Assembly: GCA_003246575.1 (NCBI GenBank)
Contig: QJZZ01000001.1
Span: 31,978-95,977, forward strand
Source: Candidatus Saccharimonadota bacterium
GTDB taxonomy: Bacteria > Patescibacteriota > Saccharimonadia > Saccharimonadales > Saccharimonadaceae
Length of the DNA stretch: 64,000 nucleotides
Direction: 5' to 3'
Below, one piece after another: positions 44,109 to 53,825 of the stretch (position 1 is its first letter; each line of letters starts with the position of its first letter). The position numbers and the translations under genes are program-made. Under the pieces are notes generated by a model. The model was not told the DNA's origin, made no database searches, and saw only the letters and a program-made list of their open reading frames with translations.

Positions 44109-47100
44109 ATGTGGGTTATGCGCAAACTACGCGCGCCGAGGGTACACGTTCGGCGCCTTATTTTTTTGACGGTCATCAGCGTATTTATGGCCGCTCTTAC
44201 CTCAGTCGTTTCGTTCTCGAATACGGCTTTTGCTGCTGATGCCGAATGGAGTGGTGTGACGCTTAGCTACGATGGCAACACCTACGCGGCCACCACGGCT
44301 GCACCTGATCGCCCCGGCGAGCCGAACGAATACCAATGGATAAGTAGCCTTTCTTCGCCAGCGACGGCAAATGTTCTCTATTTTGCTGATGACATTGATC
44401 CGACAGATGCAACCACCGCAACTTTTATCAGTTATACATTTACAGCTCCGGGAAGTAACTATTCGTCACCATCAAGCCCAGTGACCGTTACTGTGACTCG
44501 CGATCTCACTGCAACTGCCGCGAGCGGCACCACAGACTGTGGCGTTGGTGCTATTGGTTGGATTGTTTGTCCAGTGTCAAACTGGATCGCCGACGGCGTT
44601 GACTGGATCTATGACACTATCTCAAACTTCTTTGATGTACAAACGATCACCCAGTCGGGGAACGGTATATATGAGCTTTGGCAACTCGTCAGAACCATTG
44701 CAAACGTTGTCTTCATCATCGTATTCCTCATCATCATATTCTCTCAGATAACCGGCGCAGGCTACTCCAACTACAGCATCAAAGATATGATACCGCGCCT
44801 TATTATCGGAGCAATTCTTGTCAACGTCTCGTTCTGGATCTGCGCACTTGCCGTAGATACATCAAATGTACTCGGCCATTCGATTCAAGCCGTTTTCGAT
44901 AATGTACGGCAAAATTACGTCACAACCGTAGATATAGACTGGACAGCCGCGACAGGTGCCGTGCTCGGTGGACTCGGCATTGCAGGTGTTACCGGGTTTG
45001 CCGCAGCAACAGCAGGAAGCAGCATAAGCCTGTCTTTTATCCTCATCTCCGTCTTGATACCTGCAGCCCTGTCTGTGCTTGCCGCGTTCATCGTACTTGC
45101 AGCTCGCCAAGCGATTATCGTTGTGCTCACAGCGATATCGCCACTCGCATTTGTTGCTTTCGTGCTCCCGAACACGCGAAACCTTTTCGATAAGTGGCGC
45201 AGCCTCTTCACCAACATGCTCATCATCTTTCCAGCATTCGCACTTCTATTTGGTGCATCACAAATTGCCGGAGCAGCGATCATCAAGACGGCCGAGAATG
45301 CCGCAGATGAACTTCAACTCGTCTTCGTTTTGATCGGTCTCGCTGTGCAGGTGATTCCACTCGCACTCACGCCACTGCTATCGCGACTCAGCTCAGGCCT
45401 CCTGAGCCAGGTTTCTGGTATGGTCAATAACCGTCAAAAGGGCCTGGCCGACCGCGCACGCAACTGGGCGCAAGACAACGCCGATATGCATAAAGCACGC
45501 AAACTTGGCAATATCGCCAACGACGTACAACGTCGACGCGAGGGCTTGCAAGTTAGTCCGCTACGCGCTCGTGGTATCGGGCGCCTCGGGTACAATATGG
45601 ACCAATCAAAGCGCACCAGGGAAGCCTACAAGCATCAAAGCGAAGAACTTCTGTCAGCTCAACACGAGGAGCGCTGGAATAACCGTATCGCCAATCCTCG
45701 AGAGGCCGGTGCCGTCCGTTCACGTCTCGGTATGACAACGCTCGACCAGCGCACCGCAACCCAGCACGACATGGCCCACCACGTTAAAAAGCAGGCCGAG
45801 ACCCGCAAAGCGGATCATGAGGCACATGCCGACCAACACTGGAACGAGTACCTTGATGGCGCTGCAGGCGCTGAATACAGGCAACTTCGCCACAACACTC
45901 ATGTCACCAAAGGTATCTCAAAGGTATATGACGATGATATGACCAATGCCGATGAGCTAGCACTCAAGGCATTCGTGAACAATACGGCCGCTCACCGTAC
46001 ACGCGCCGTTCGTGCATCCGTCACTGCCAACCAAGCAAAGGCGCATCAAGACAGTATCGACGCGACAGTGCAAGAAACATGGAACTTGCAACAAGAGGGA
46101 GACGTAAATCTCCGCGCCATGCGTCGTGAGACTGCGCTAACCCAAAAGCGTGCCGAGGTAGTAGAGAAGTCTATGGCTGCTGATGATCAGCGCGTATACG
46201 AAACGCTCGCAAACTCCGATCCAGGATATGCCCAAGTCCGTCAACGACGCGTTCAGACAGTCGTCGATAGCAAGATGGGCGAGTTCCAGGGTAGTCAAAT
46301 CGAAACCGAAGGTGCTCGCGCCTACGCGGCACTGTTCGAGGACGGCCAAGCCGGTTCACGTGCCCTTCGTCAGCAGAATGTTCAGATGGAACAGATGAAG
46401 AAAGAAACCGCCACGATAGAGGCAACCCTCCAGAAGCGCGCTGATGCACACTGGGAGCGCGTATCTCAATCTGACGCAAACGTACAAACACTTCGTGTGC
46501 GACAGACCGACGCCGAGGAGTCTGCACGCAGGTCTGCTGCCGAATGGAACAGCCTAGTTGAACGCGTCCGCGACCAAGGTGCCGCCGCAGACGGATTTGT
46601 TGGCACCACCCAAGACGGCAACTCACTTCAGGCGAACTTCAACGCCGCAACCGGCGCAGAACAGAACCTCGAAAACCTCAAGTCAGTTACCCAAAGCCAC
46701 GCAAAGCAACGCTTCGCCGAAACAGAAGCCGGACGTCGCTCTGCCTTGCGCGCACAAGCGGCCAAAGATTCGCTCGAGAGCGTTCAAGCCGATGAAGCTG
46801 CTCGCGCCCAAGAACTCCGCACCAACAGGGATATTGAAAACCTCACAGGCGAGGACCTCGCTATCGCAACAGAGATGCGCAATGCCGATATCGTTAAGCG
46901 CGCCCAAGATCGCCGCAAAGCGAATGCACTTGGTCAAACTGATGCAGAGTACGCAAGTGAAGTGGCAAGTGACACAGGGTACATACCTGGCACAACCGAG
47001 CGCATAGCCACCATCGCCGGCGGTATAGACAATTACGGCGAGGCACGTGCTATCGCGAGCGCCACCCAAGTAGAAGTCGACCAGTTCAACAAGAATGTCG

Positions 47101-47801
47101 CAACAGAAAAGTCTACGATGACCGGCATGCCCGACAGGTCCGACGACCCGAACAGAGAAACCTGGATGAGCATCGTTCAAGACGACAGTCAGTCTGATGA
47201 ACGTCGCGCTGCTGCTGCTGGCAAGATTATGCAGGGTGGAGCGATGGGTACTATCCAAGCCCTTTACAACTATGCAATTAGCGACCCTAACCTCAGCGAG
47301 CGCTCACGTAAGAATATTGAGATGCAGATGGGTGGCGATATCGGCCGAGTGCCATTTGGTATGGGCGCGGGTGCCCGTGCAGCTATGGCGAGTGGTGCGA
47401 TGGACGCCGATACGGCATTCGCCGGGTTTAATGCAGAACAACGCGCAGCAATCGTAATAGCCATGCAGAACCCAGACGCCGTAAGCCAGCAAAACATTGG
47501 CCAGCTCACACACTATGATGCAATGCTGGGCAACCGCCTCAAGGAAAAAATCTCCGCAGAAGCACTGGTCGGTCTCGACCCAGATGATCGCACCCGCATC
47601 ACCGAACTCTTCAGTGACATCCAACATGACGGCGGCCTCGTACTCCCAGCGGAAGCACGTGCGAATATCATTGATGCAATCCGCGGTGCAGCCTCGAACG
47701 AAAACCTTCGCAAGACCGTACCGCCAGATGCCAAGCGCAGCTACAACACGATCCTTGCAGCGCTTGGTGAGACACCTCTCACCCGTGAAGACTGGGCATA
47801 A
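44109..47801 (+). CDS. Large VirB6/TrbL-like membrane protein with long helical C-terminal tail
   Basis: IGWIVCPV, IFSQITG.G.SNY.IK..IPRL, SPLAF...LPNT..LF.KW and a multi-TM core. Confidence 0.72.
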   Translation: MWVMRKLRAPRVHVRRLIFLTVISVFMAALTSVVSFSNTAFAADAEWSGVTLSYDGNTYAATTAAPDRPGEPNEYQWISSLSSPATANVLYFADDIDPTDATTATFISYTFTAPGSNYSSPSSPVTVTVTRDLTATAASGTTDCGVGAIGWIVCPVSNWIADGVDWIYDTISNFFDVQTITQSGNGIYELWQLVRTIANVVFIIVFLIIIFSQITGAGYSNYSIKDMIPRLIIGAILVNVSFWICALAVDTSNVLGHSIQAVFDNVRQNYVTTVDIDWTAATGAVLGGLGIAGVTGFAAATAGSSISLSFILISVLIPAALSVLAAFIVLAARQAIIVVLTAISPLAFVAFVLPNTRNLFDKWRSLFTNMLIIFPAFALLFGASQIAGAAIIKTAENAADELQLVFVLIGLAVQVIPLALTPLLSRLSSGLLSQVSGMVNNRQKGLADRARNWAQDNADMHKARKLGNIANDVQRRREGLQVSPLRARGIGRLGYNMDQSKRTREAYKHQSEELLSAQHEERWNNRIANPREAGAVRSRLGMTTLDQRTATQHDMAHHVKKQAETRKADHEAHADQHWNEYLDGAAGAEYRQLRHNTHVTKGISKVYDDDMTNADELALKAFVNNTAAHRTRAVRASVTANQAKAHQDSIDATVQETWNLQQEGDVNLRAMRRETALTQKRAEVVEKSMAADDQRVYETLANSDPGYAQVRQRRVQTVVDSKMGEFQGSQIETEGARAYAALFEDGQAGSRALRQQNVQMEQMKKETATIEATLQKRADAHWERVSQSDANVQTLRVRQTDAEESARRSAAEWNSLVERVRDQGAAADGFVGTTQDGNSLQANFNAATGAEQNLENLKSVTQSHAKQRFAETEAGRRSALRAQAAKDSLESVQADEAARAQELRTNRDIENLTGEDLAIATEMRNADIVKRAQDRRKANALGQTDAEYASEVASDTGYIPGTTERIATIAGGIDNYGEARAIASATQVEVDQFNKNVATEKSTMTGMPDRSDDPNRETWMSIVQDDSQSDERRAAAAGKIMQGGAMGTIQALYNYAISDPNLSERSRKNIEMQMGGDIGRVPFGMGAGARAAMASGAMDADTAFAGFNAEQRAAIVIAMQNPDAVSQQNIGQLTHYDAMLGNRLKEKISAEALVGLDPDDRTRITELFSDIQHDGGLVLPAEARANIIDAIRGAASNENLRKTVPPDAKRSYNTILAALGETPLTREDWA

Positions 47802-47951
47802 CCACCACTTCATATCAGACCATAGGTTCGTCGTATCGACATCTTGTGATATAGCTATTGCTTTTTTTAGCGATATGGTGTATAATACTTTTCAAAGCAT
47901 AAGAATCAGTAATATGCTGTGCGTACAAACGCAGATGAAAGGACACTGTTC

Positions 47952-48812
47952 ATGGCTCAATCACGCAAGAATAAATTTGAACTTCCTAGCAAAGCCAAGG
48001 AGACTAGTGCTAAGGTAGCCGCTACATTAGCAGGTGTTGCACTCCTCGCGGGCTGTGGACCGAGCAGTGAGACATCTGCATCACCAACTCCGAGCGCGAC
48101 AGAAATAACGCAAACGATCGAGTCGCCAACTCCCGTAGAGACACCGACAGCCGAAGCTACAAGTTCACCAGAGCAGACAGCGACTCCTGAATGGCAAGAA
48201 GCACAGGATACTTTGATTAATAGTCTTGAGGCTATGAGCTATGACGACTTCATAGCCACAACAACCCCCGAAGAAAGAGCTGTGTGGTGTGCATATACCA
48301 ACCGCGATGCAGAACTAGAATTTGGAGAGTACTGGGCAACAGCAACGGGCAACCCTCTCGATGCAATAGTATACGGATCCGTAGACGACACCCCTGAAGA
48401 AAAGGTTGCTGTCATGCAAAATATGTCCAGGAGCGCTTTTATACTACATTTCTACCCAGAAGATGGGGGGAATAGCACGTTCTTTGACATGGAAACGTCT
48501 AGGAAGGTTGCTGGGTGCACTTATTTTGAGTCAGACGTAGAAAAGTGGCAGGGATTTGACGAGGGCGTCGTGAACGTCCTAACAGAACACGGCCTCAGTG
48601 AAGCGCCAATGCTTGGTCGAACAGGTAGTTTTCCGATGCTTGATGTTGTTAGCTTCGAGTCGGAATACGTAGGCAACGACGGACGTACCCGACAGGCAAT
48701 TCGCATACAAAATCCACTGAACGGCAACCAGGCCACTCGAACATATGTGACGATTAACTATTCGTACAATGGCGAACCCCGCATCACCTACATGCAAGAC
48801 TTCACTGACTAG
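47952..48812 (+). CDS. Putative lipoprotein with Ser/Thr/Pro linker
   Basis: LAGC lipobox followed by a SPT-rich stalk; AAGGA RBS before ATG 47952. Confidence 0.75.
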   Translation: MAQSRKNKFELPSKAKETSAKVAATLAGVALLAGCGPSSETSASPTPSATEITQTIESPTPVETPTAEATSSPEQTATPEWQEAQDTLINSLEAMSYDDFIATTTPEERAVWCAYTNRDAELEFGEYWATATGNPLDAIVYGSVDDTPEEKVAVMQNMSRSAFILHFYPEDGGNSTFFDMETSRKVAGCTYFESDVEKWQGFDEGVVNVLTEHGLSEAPMLGRTGSFPMLDVVSFESEYVGNDGRTRQAIRIQNPLNGNQATRTYVTINYSYNGEPRITYMQDFTD

Positions 48813-48932
48813 CGTCGACTCATAGGGGGTTCGTATAACACCCAAAAAACAGCCTTACGTAATTGTGGGCTGTTTTTAAAACTATTCAGACATATCCATT
48901 CTATATCATTTATGCTTTAATGGTCTGTAGAT

Positions 48933-51806
48933 ATGGTCGGCAAGTTAAAGCGTGTATTTCTATTTGTAGCAGTAGCGGCGGTCGTGAGCTCAAATTTCTC
49001 ACTCCTTATTAGTGATACAGCCAACGCCTCGGCGTTCGATGACGCGGGTTACCAGCAGAAAGTTCTAATGTATAGCACCGCAAAAGGTGTGTACGACTGT
49101 TTCACCTTTGGGGCTGACCTGAAGAGTGGTATCAACGACCTAAAGAACGGTGCACTATTTGATGGAGGCTTCACATACAGAACACATATTAACCTATCTA
49201 AATACACATCCATCGAGAATGATGCGGGCCTAAGCAAGGATTTTGGTTGTCAAGACAACGAAAACAGATTAGCAAAGCTGTTTTTTCAAACGTTTGGGAT
49301 AGATGATACTATTGACTTTTTGTGCCAAATTGGATACCGCGCCAGCGGAGACACCGATCTATGCGCCACTGGCGGCGCAGGCTCCGGTAATCTCGTGACC
49401 GATAGCAAAGAGCAGACCGCCAATAAGCTTTCAAGCTACATCAATGAGAATTTTGGACTGAATGTCGGGGGTGGGGTAGTTGATAGTGGATTCTATGCCC
49501 AATATACACTCGACACTCTTTTAAGCCCTGACGCCTGCGGCCTGTCTCGAGTGACAAATGTTGGCAATACTTCCGAGGATTATGTATACCAGACAAACGC
49601 ATCCGGGCAATCAGTGACGTATGTCGGTGCCGAGGCGAAGAACCATAGTGTAAAACTTGTCAAGGAAGACGACTACGGCGTTAGTAGCACAGTGGATAGC
49701 CGCACCTGCGAGCAACTCTTCCAAACATACACGTCAAATCTCGAATACTCAGTAGCCACTACAAACCGTGACGCAGAAGAGTGGTGCAGTGCGCAGTACA
49801 TAGATTCCAGCCTAAAGAACGCATGCGAGGCTGGATACCTCGGTATAGACTGTAGCACTACGTATGTCGCGTCATCTGGAACAACCACCCCATACTATGA
49901 CCCAAACACCGGAACGACTACTACGGGCTGGACTGAAGAGCAGGCAGCCACAAGACGCGCCGCCTGCGAAGCCGGCTCAACACAAGCGCCGGAGACATAC
50001 GATCAGCAAAGCCTCGATATCAGCAGTGATGTAGTGACCTGCGCCATAGAGTCAATTGGCTGGATTATATGCCCAGTCATCACCACTCTCGGCAAAGTGG
50101 CAGACTCGGCCTTCGGTCAGGTCGAAACAATGATGACTGTCGATACGAACACACTCTTCGAGCCCAACGGGACCGCATATGGTGCCTGGAGTAACATGCG
50201 CAGCATTGCAAATGTATTATTCATCGCTGCCTTTCTCGTAATCATATACTCCCAGATCACTGGAGCGGGCCTTTCAAATTACGGTATCAAAAAGATGATT
50301 CCGCGTTTGGCAATCGCTGCAATACTCATCAACCTGTCGTGGTATATCAGCGTAGCTGCTATAGAGATATCAAATGTCATTGGGTCAAGTATGATGTCCA
50401 CCATAGCCGGCACACAAAGCAACGAAATACCCGCACCCGCCCTACAGAGCGACTGGCAAACTGGCAATATTGGCACCGGATTTGTCGGCTGGGCGGCCGC
50501 GGCAGCCGTCGTCGGAGCGGCTGCGTTCTTTTTCACCGGAACAGTGCTCGCCGCACTCCTGTATGTCGTGTTTGCGGTACTCACCGTTGTACTCCTACTG
50601 GGCTTAAGGGAAGCGCTACTCCTGCTCGTCGTGGTCTTGTCTCCACTGGCGTTCGCCGCTAATCTTCTGCCGAATACTGAAAACTTGTTCAAGAAATGGT
50701 GGGACCTATTCAAAGTACTTCTACTGGCCTTTCCGATTGTCGGGTTGATGTATGGACTCGGAAAGTTAGCTGCGGGTGTACTATTCAAGACCGGCGAGTG
50801 GCAGACTCAGATCTTCGGTATGGTCGCTATGTTCGCCTGGATTTTTGTCCTCAAAAAAGTACTTGAGTCGGCAACCTCTATCGGAGGCTTGAGTGGACTG
50901 GTAGGCAAGGTAACGGGCGGAGCGCATGGTCAAGCCGGAAAATATGCCGCCGGATCAGCTCTTGCCAAGGCGGGTCAATATCGACAAGCACAAGCTACAA
51001 AGAATCGCGGTCTCATACAATCAGGCGCATACAAAGGCAAGAACCCGCTTGGTCGTGCAGCATCAGCAATCAATAAACGCATCAACAATAGCCGCCTGAG
51101 TGGTGGGTTTGGCACGCAAATGGCTGCGGCAGGTGTTCAGGCAGCACAACAGCAAACAGCAGCAGCAGTAGCCACCCAGCAGGCAGCTATGCAGGGTCTT
51201 GGCGCCGACAAGCTATTAAGTGTAGCAAAAGATAAAAAATCTTCGAAAGAAACCCGTGCAGCCGCGTTTAAGCAACTTGCGGCCACCGGAGGAACCCAGC
51301 ATGTCCAGGATGCCCTCGATTACATGATGAAAGAGGGCGCCAAAACGGGCAAAGATAGAGATGCCGATATCTCCGACATCCAACAGCTAGCAGCAGCAGA
51401 CATCGCCGCACGCAAACCAGCCGGTCTCGGTAAACGAGCTGCTACTGACTTGGCTAATGGCACACTCAAGGGGCCAGGATACAACCATGCACTACGACAA
51501 CGAATACGAGATGGTGCTATTGGCGCTGAAGATTTTGCCAAAATGGACCCCGACGACCACGCCCGACTCGCTCTCATGCAAGCTGGTGGAGCATTCGATG
51601 CAGAAGATACCAAGAAGCTACAGGCACTACACAATGACGTTATGACTAGCTCAAACTACGGGTATAGTCCACAGACGCAACACCTTGCCGAACAAACTGT
51701 CAACGGACCTGCAGGCGGGCCGGGTTCGGGAACGGCAGGCGTCACGAAGTTTGACGGTAGTAACCTTGAGCAAAGCATAACTCAATTGGATATACCTAAG
51801 CCCTAA
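48933..51806 (+). CDS. Second VirB6/TrbL-like membrane protein with Cys-rich N-terminal domain
   Basis: Same core motifs as 44109-47801 (IGWIICPV, YSQITG.GLSNY.IKK.IPRL, LPNTE.LFKKW). Confidence 0.72.
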   Translation: MVGKLKRVFLFVAVAAVVSSNFSLLISDTANASAFDDAGYQQKVLMYSTAKGVYDCFTFGADLKSGINDLKNGALFDGGFTYRTHINLSKYTSIENDAGLSKDFGCQDNENRLAKLFFQTFGIDDTIDFLCQIGYRASGDTDLCATGGAGSGNLVTDSKEQTANKLSSYINENFGLNVGGGVVDSGFYAQYTLDTLLSPDACGLSRVTNVGNTSEDYVYQTNASGQSVTYVGAEAKNHSVKLVKEDDYGVSSTVDSRTCEQLFQTYTSNLEYSVATTNRDAEEWCSAQYIDSSLKNACEAGYLGIDCSTTYVASSGTTTPYYDPNTGTTTTGWTEEQAATRRAACEAGSTQAPETYDQQSLDISSDVVTCAIESIGWIICPVITTLGKVADSAFGQVETMMTVDTNTLFEPNGTAYGAWSNMRSIANVLFIAAFLVIIYSQITGAGLSNYGIKKMIPRLAIAAILINLSWYISVAAIEISNVIGSSMMSTIAGTQSNEIPAPALQSDWQTGNIGTGFVGWAAAAAVVGAAAFFFTGTVLAALLYVVFAVLTVVLLLGLREALLLLVVVLSPLAFAANLLPNTENLFKKWWDLFKVLLLAFPIVGLMYGLGKLAAGVLFKTGEWQTQIFGMVAMFAWIFVLKKVLESATSIGGLSGLVGKVTGGAHGQAGKYAAGSALAKAGQYRQAQATKNRGLIQSGAYKGKNPLGRAASAINKRINNSRLSGGFGTQMAAAGVQAAQQQTAAAVATQQAAMQGLGADKLLSVAKDKKSSKETRAAAFKQLAATGGTQHVQDALDYMMKEGAKTGKDRDADISDIQQLAAADIAARKPAGLGKRAATDLANGTLKGPGYNHALRQRIRDGAIGAEDFAKMDPDDHARLALMQAGGAFDAEDTKKLQALHNDVMTSSNYGYSPQTQHLAEQTVNGPAGGPGSGTAGVTKFDGSNLEQSITQLDIPKP

Positions 51807-51825
51807 AGCGTAGTACGATGGTGAT

Positions 51826-52965
51826 ATGGCAACCTACAAAGTAGCTCAAGATGTCGAAGCTGATGACAAACTGCTCGGACCGTTCGGGTTCCGTCAGTTT
51901 ATTTACCTAATTATTGTCGCAATGGCAGGGTTCATTGCCTATGGTCTATGGCAGATTCTGCCTCCGCTTGCCATCATACCATCGCCAATCATCATCTTCT
52001 TCGGCGCACTTGCGCTGCCGCTTCGCAAAGACCAACCAATGGAAACATACCTGGCTGCGATGGTGTCGTTTTATCTCAAGCCACGCAAACGTCTCTGGAG
52101 CCCGGATGGTGTGGAGAATATCGTCGAAATCATCGCCCCAAAGACCGCCGAGGACAACCTCACAAAGAACTTCAACGGCAATGAAGCCGATCGTCGGTTG
52201 TCGTATCTGGCAGACCTAGCAGACAGTAGGGGATGGGCGATTCGACACGCTGCAGGCCCTACGGCCGGCACATCTATGCTTGGTGATGTCTACATCGAGG
52301 CACAAACCGCAGAAGATGTCCTCGAAGAACATGGTAATCTTGCTCAAAACATTGACTCCCTTATCGGCAGGGCAGATGCAGCGCGACGCCAAGAGCTCAT
52401 AGAGAGTATGCGTCGTCCCCAACCGGCGCCGCAGCCACAGCAGCCGATCACACAGGTATCACCCGTCGCATACGCTACCCCAGCAGCATACGCACAGCCA
52501 TTCCAGGCACCGTCGCCCCAAGCATATACGCCAGTGCTAGAGCCCGCCCCTCAACCACCCCAAGCACCATACATCCCACAGCAACCCGTGCAGCAATACC
52601 CAACACAAGCAGGTCCTGCGCCCGCACCAGACATAGATACATCAAACCTACAGTTCAATCCATATCCATCAATTCATCAGAGCGTCATCCAGCCGCTCGT
52701 TGCTCCTGCTCCTGCTCCTGCTCCTGCGGGGACGGTACCCGCAAATCCAACTGCCACACAACCGGCCGAACCAGTCGTACAGGCACCGGTTCAACCCGAG
52801 CCACTACCGGCACCGAAAACAGAGGAAAGCACTAGCGATACGAGTGTCACACCTGATATAATGAATCTTGCAAATAATTCACAGAACTTGTCGGTGGAGA
52901 CAATCGCGCGTGAGGCAGATCGCCTCAAGGGAGATTCTGACGAAGTAGTTATCTCGCTACGGTAG
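51826..52965 (+). CDS. PrgI-family (VirB3-like) protein with Pro/Gln-rich tail
   Basis: YKVAQDVEADDKLLGP..FRQFIY, 2 TM, then P...LW. Confidence 0.82.
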   Translation: MATYKVAQDVEADDKLLGPFGFRQFIYLIIVAMAGFIAYGLWQILPPLAIIPSPIIIFFGALALPLRKDQPMETYLAAMVSFYLKPRKRLWSPDGVENIVEIIAPKTAEDNLTKNFNGNEADRRLSYLADLADSRGWAIRHAAGPTAGTSMLGDVYIEAQTAEDVLEEHGNLAQNIDSLIGRADAARRQELIESMRRPQPAPQPQQPITQVSPVAYATPAAYAQPFQAPSPQAYTPVLEPAPQPPQAPYIPQQPVQQYPTQAGPAPAPDIDTSNLQFNPYPSIHQSVIQPLVAPAPAPAPAGTVPANPTATQPAEPVVQAPVQPEPLPAPKTEESTSDTSVTPDIMNLANNSQNLSVETIAREADRLKGDSDEVVISLR

Positions 52966-52988
52966 TCAGCCGATAGGCTCAAAAAGGA

Positions 52989-53825
52989 GTGGGCGTGCCG
53001 CCAAACCAACAGTTACCGCCATCGATGGGCCAACAACCGATGCAGCCAGGTGTTTCTGGTACTGCAGTGCAGGCCGATGCCGAGCAGCAGAAAAAGGCAC
53101 AGACTAACCAAACCACTACTCAAAAAAGCCTCCTCTTCTCCGAGCTACGCGACAGCATGATCATCATGGCAGACGGCTCATACCGTGCAGTTATCGCGTG
53201 TGAGTCAATCAACTTTGACCTTATGAGTAATCGCGAACGCGAAGGAGTTGAGTATAGCTACCAAAACTTCCTGAATTCACTCAACTTTCCGATTCAAATC
53301 CTCGTCCGCTCACAGCGAGTTGACATCACTCCGTATATCGAGAAGCTTCAGAATATTCGCCGCACACAGGACAATATGCTCCTCGGTGTACTTATGGATG
53401 ATTACATTATGTTTATCGCTGATCTCGCAGAGCAGGCAAACATCATGGACAAAAGCTTTTATATCGTCGTGCCATACTCGGCCGGTGGCGAAGGTGGTAA
53501 GATCGTCGAGCAGGGCAAGGGCTTCTTCGGCAAGTTATTTGGCAGCACCGGCCCCGTCGTCACTAAGATCGACCAAGCAAGTTATGAAAAAGCAAAGACC
53601 GAGATCGGCAACCGCGTTAGTGTCGTCACGAGTGGTCTTTTTCAACTTGGCGTCCGGGCTGTTCAGCTCAAAACCAAAGAGCTTGGCGAACTCTATTACA
53701 ATATGTATAATCCCGATACTGCCGTCAACCAGCCGCTCGGTGATTTTAGCCAGATAACGCCTATCTACATCAAAAAAGGGGAGAATGCCCCGGCCGTTGA
53801 CCCATCACAAGGAGGAGTTGTCTAA
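52989..53825 (+). CDS. Conserved VirB4-associated protein (TraC/TraE N-terminal-like)
   Basis: INFDL.S..E......YQNFLNSL.FPIQIL; FYIVVPY; translationally coupled to VirB4. Confidence 0.75.
   Translation: MGVPPNQQLPPSMGQQPMQPGVSGTAVQADAEQQKKAQTNQTTTQKSLLFSELRDSMIIMADGSYRAVIACESINFDLMSNREREGVEYSYQNFLNSLNFPIQILVRSQRVDITPYIEKLQNIRRTQDNMLLGVLMDDYIMFIADLAEQANIMDKSFYIVVPYSAGGEGGKIVEQGKGFFGKLFGSTGPVVTKIDQASYEKAKTEIGNRVSVVTSGLFQLGVRAVQLKTKELGELYYNMYNPDTAVNQPLGDFSQITPIYIKKGENAPAVDPSQGGVV

Noticed and set aside
52701..52727. (TGCTCC)4 microsatellite as a phase-variation switch
   Set aside because: Unit length 6 keeps the frame; it only encodes an APAPAPAP linker.
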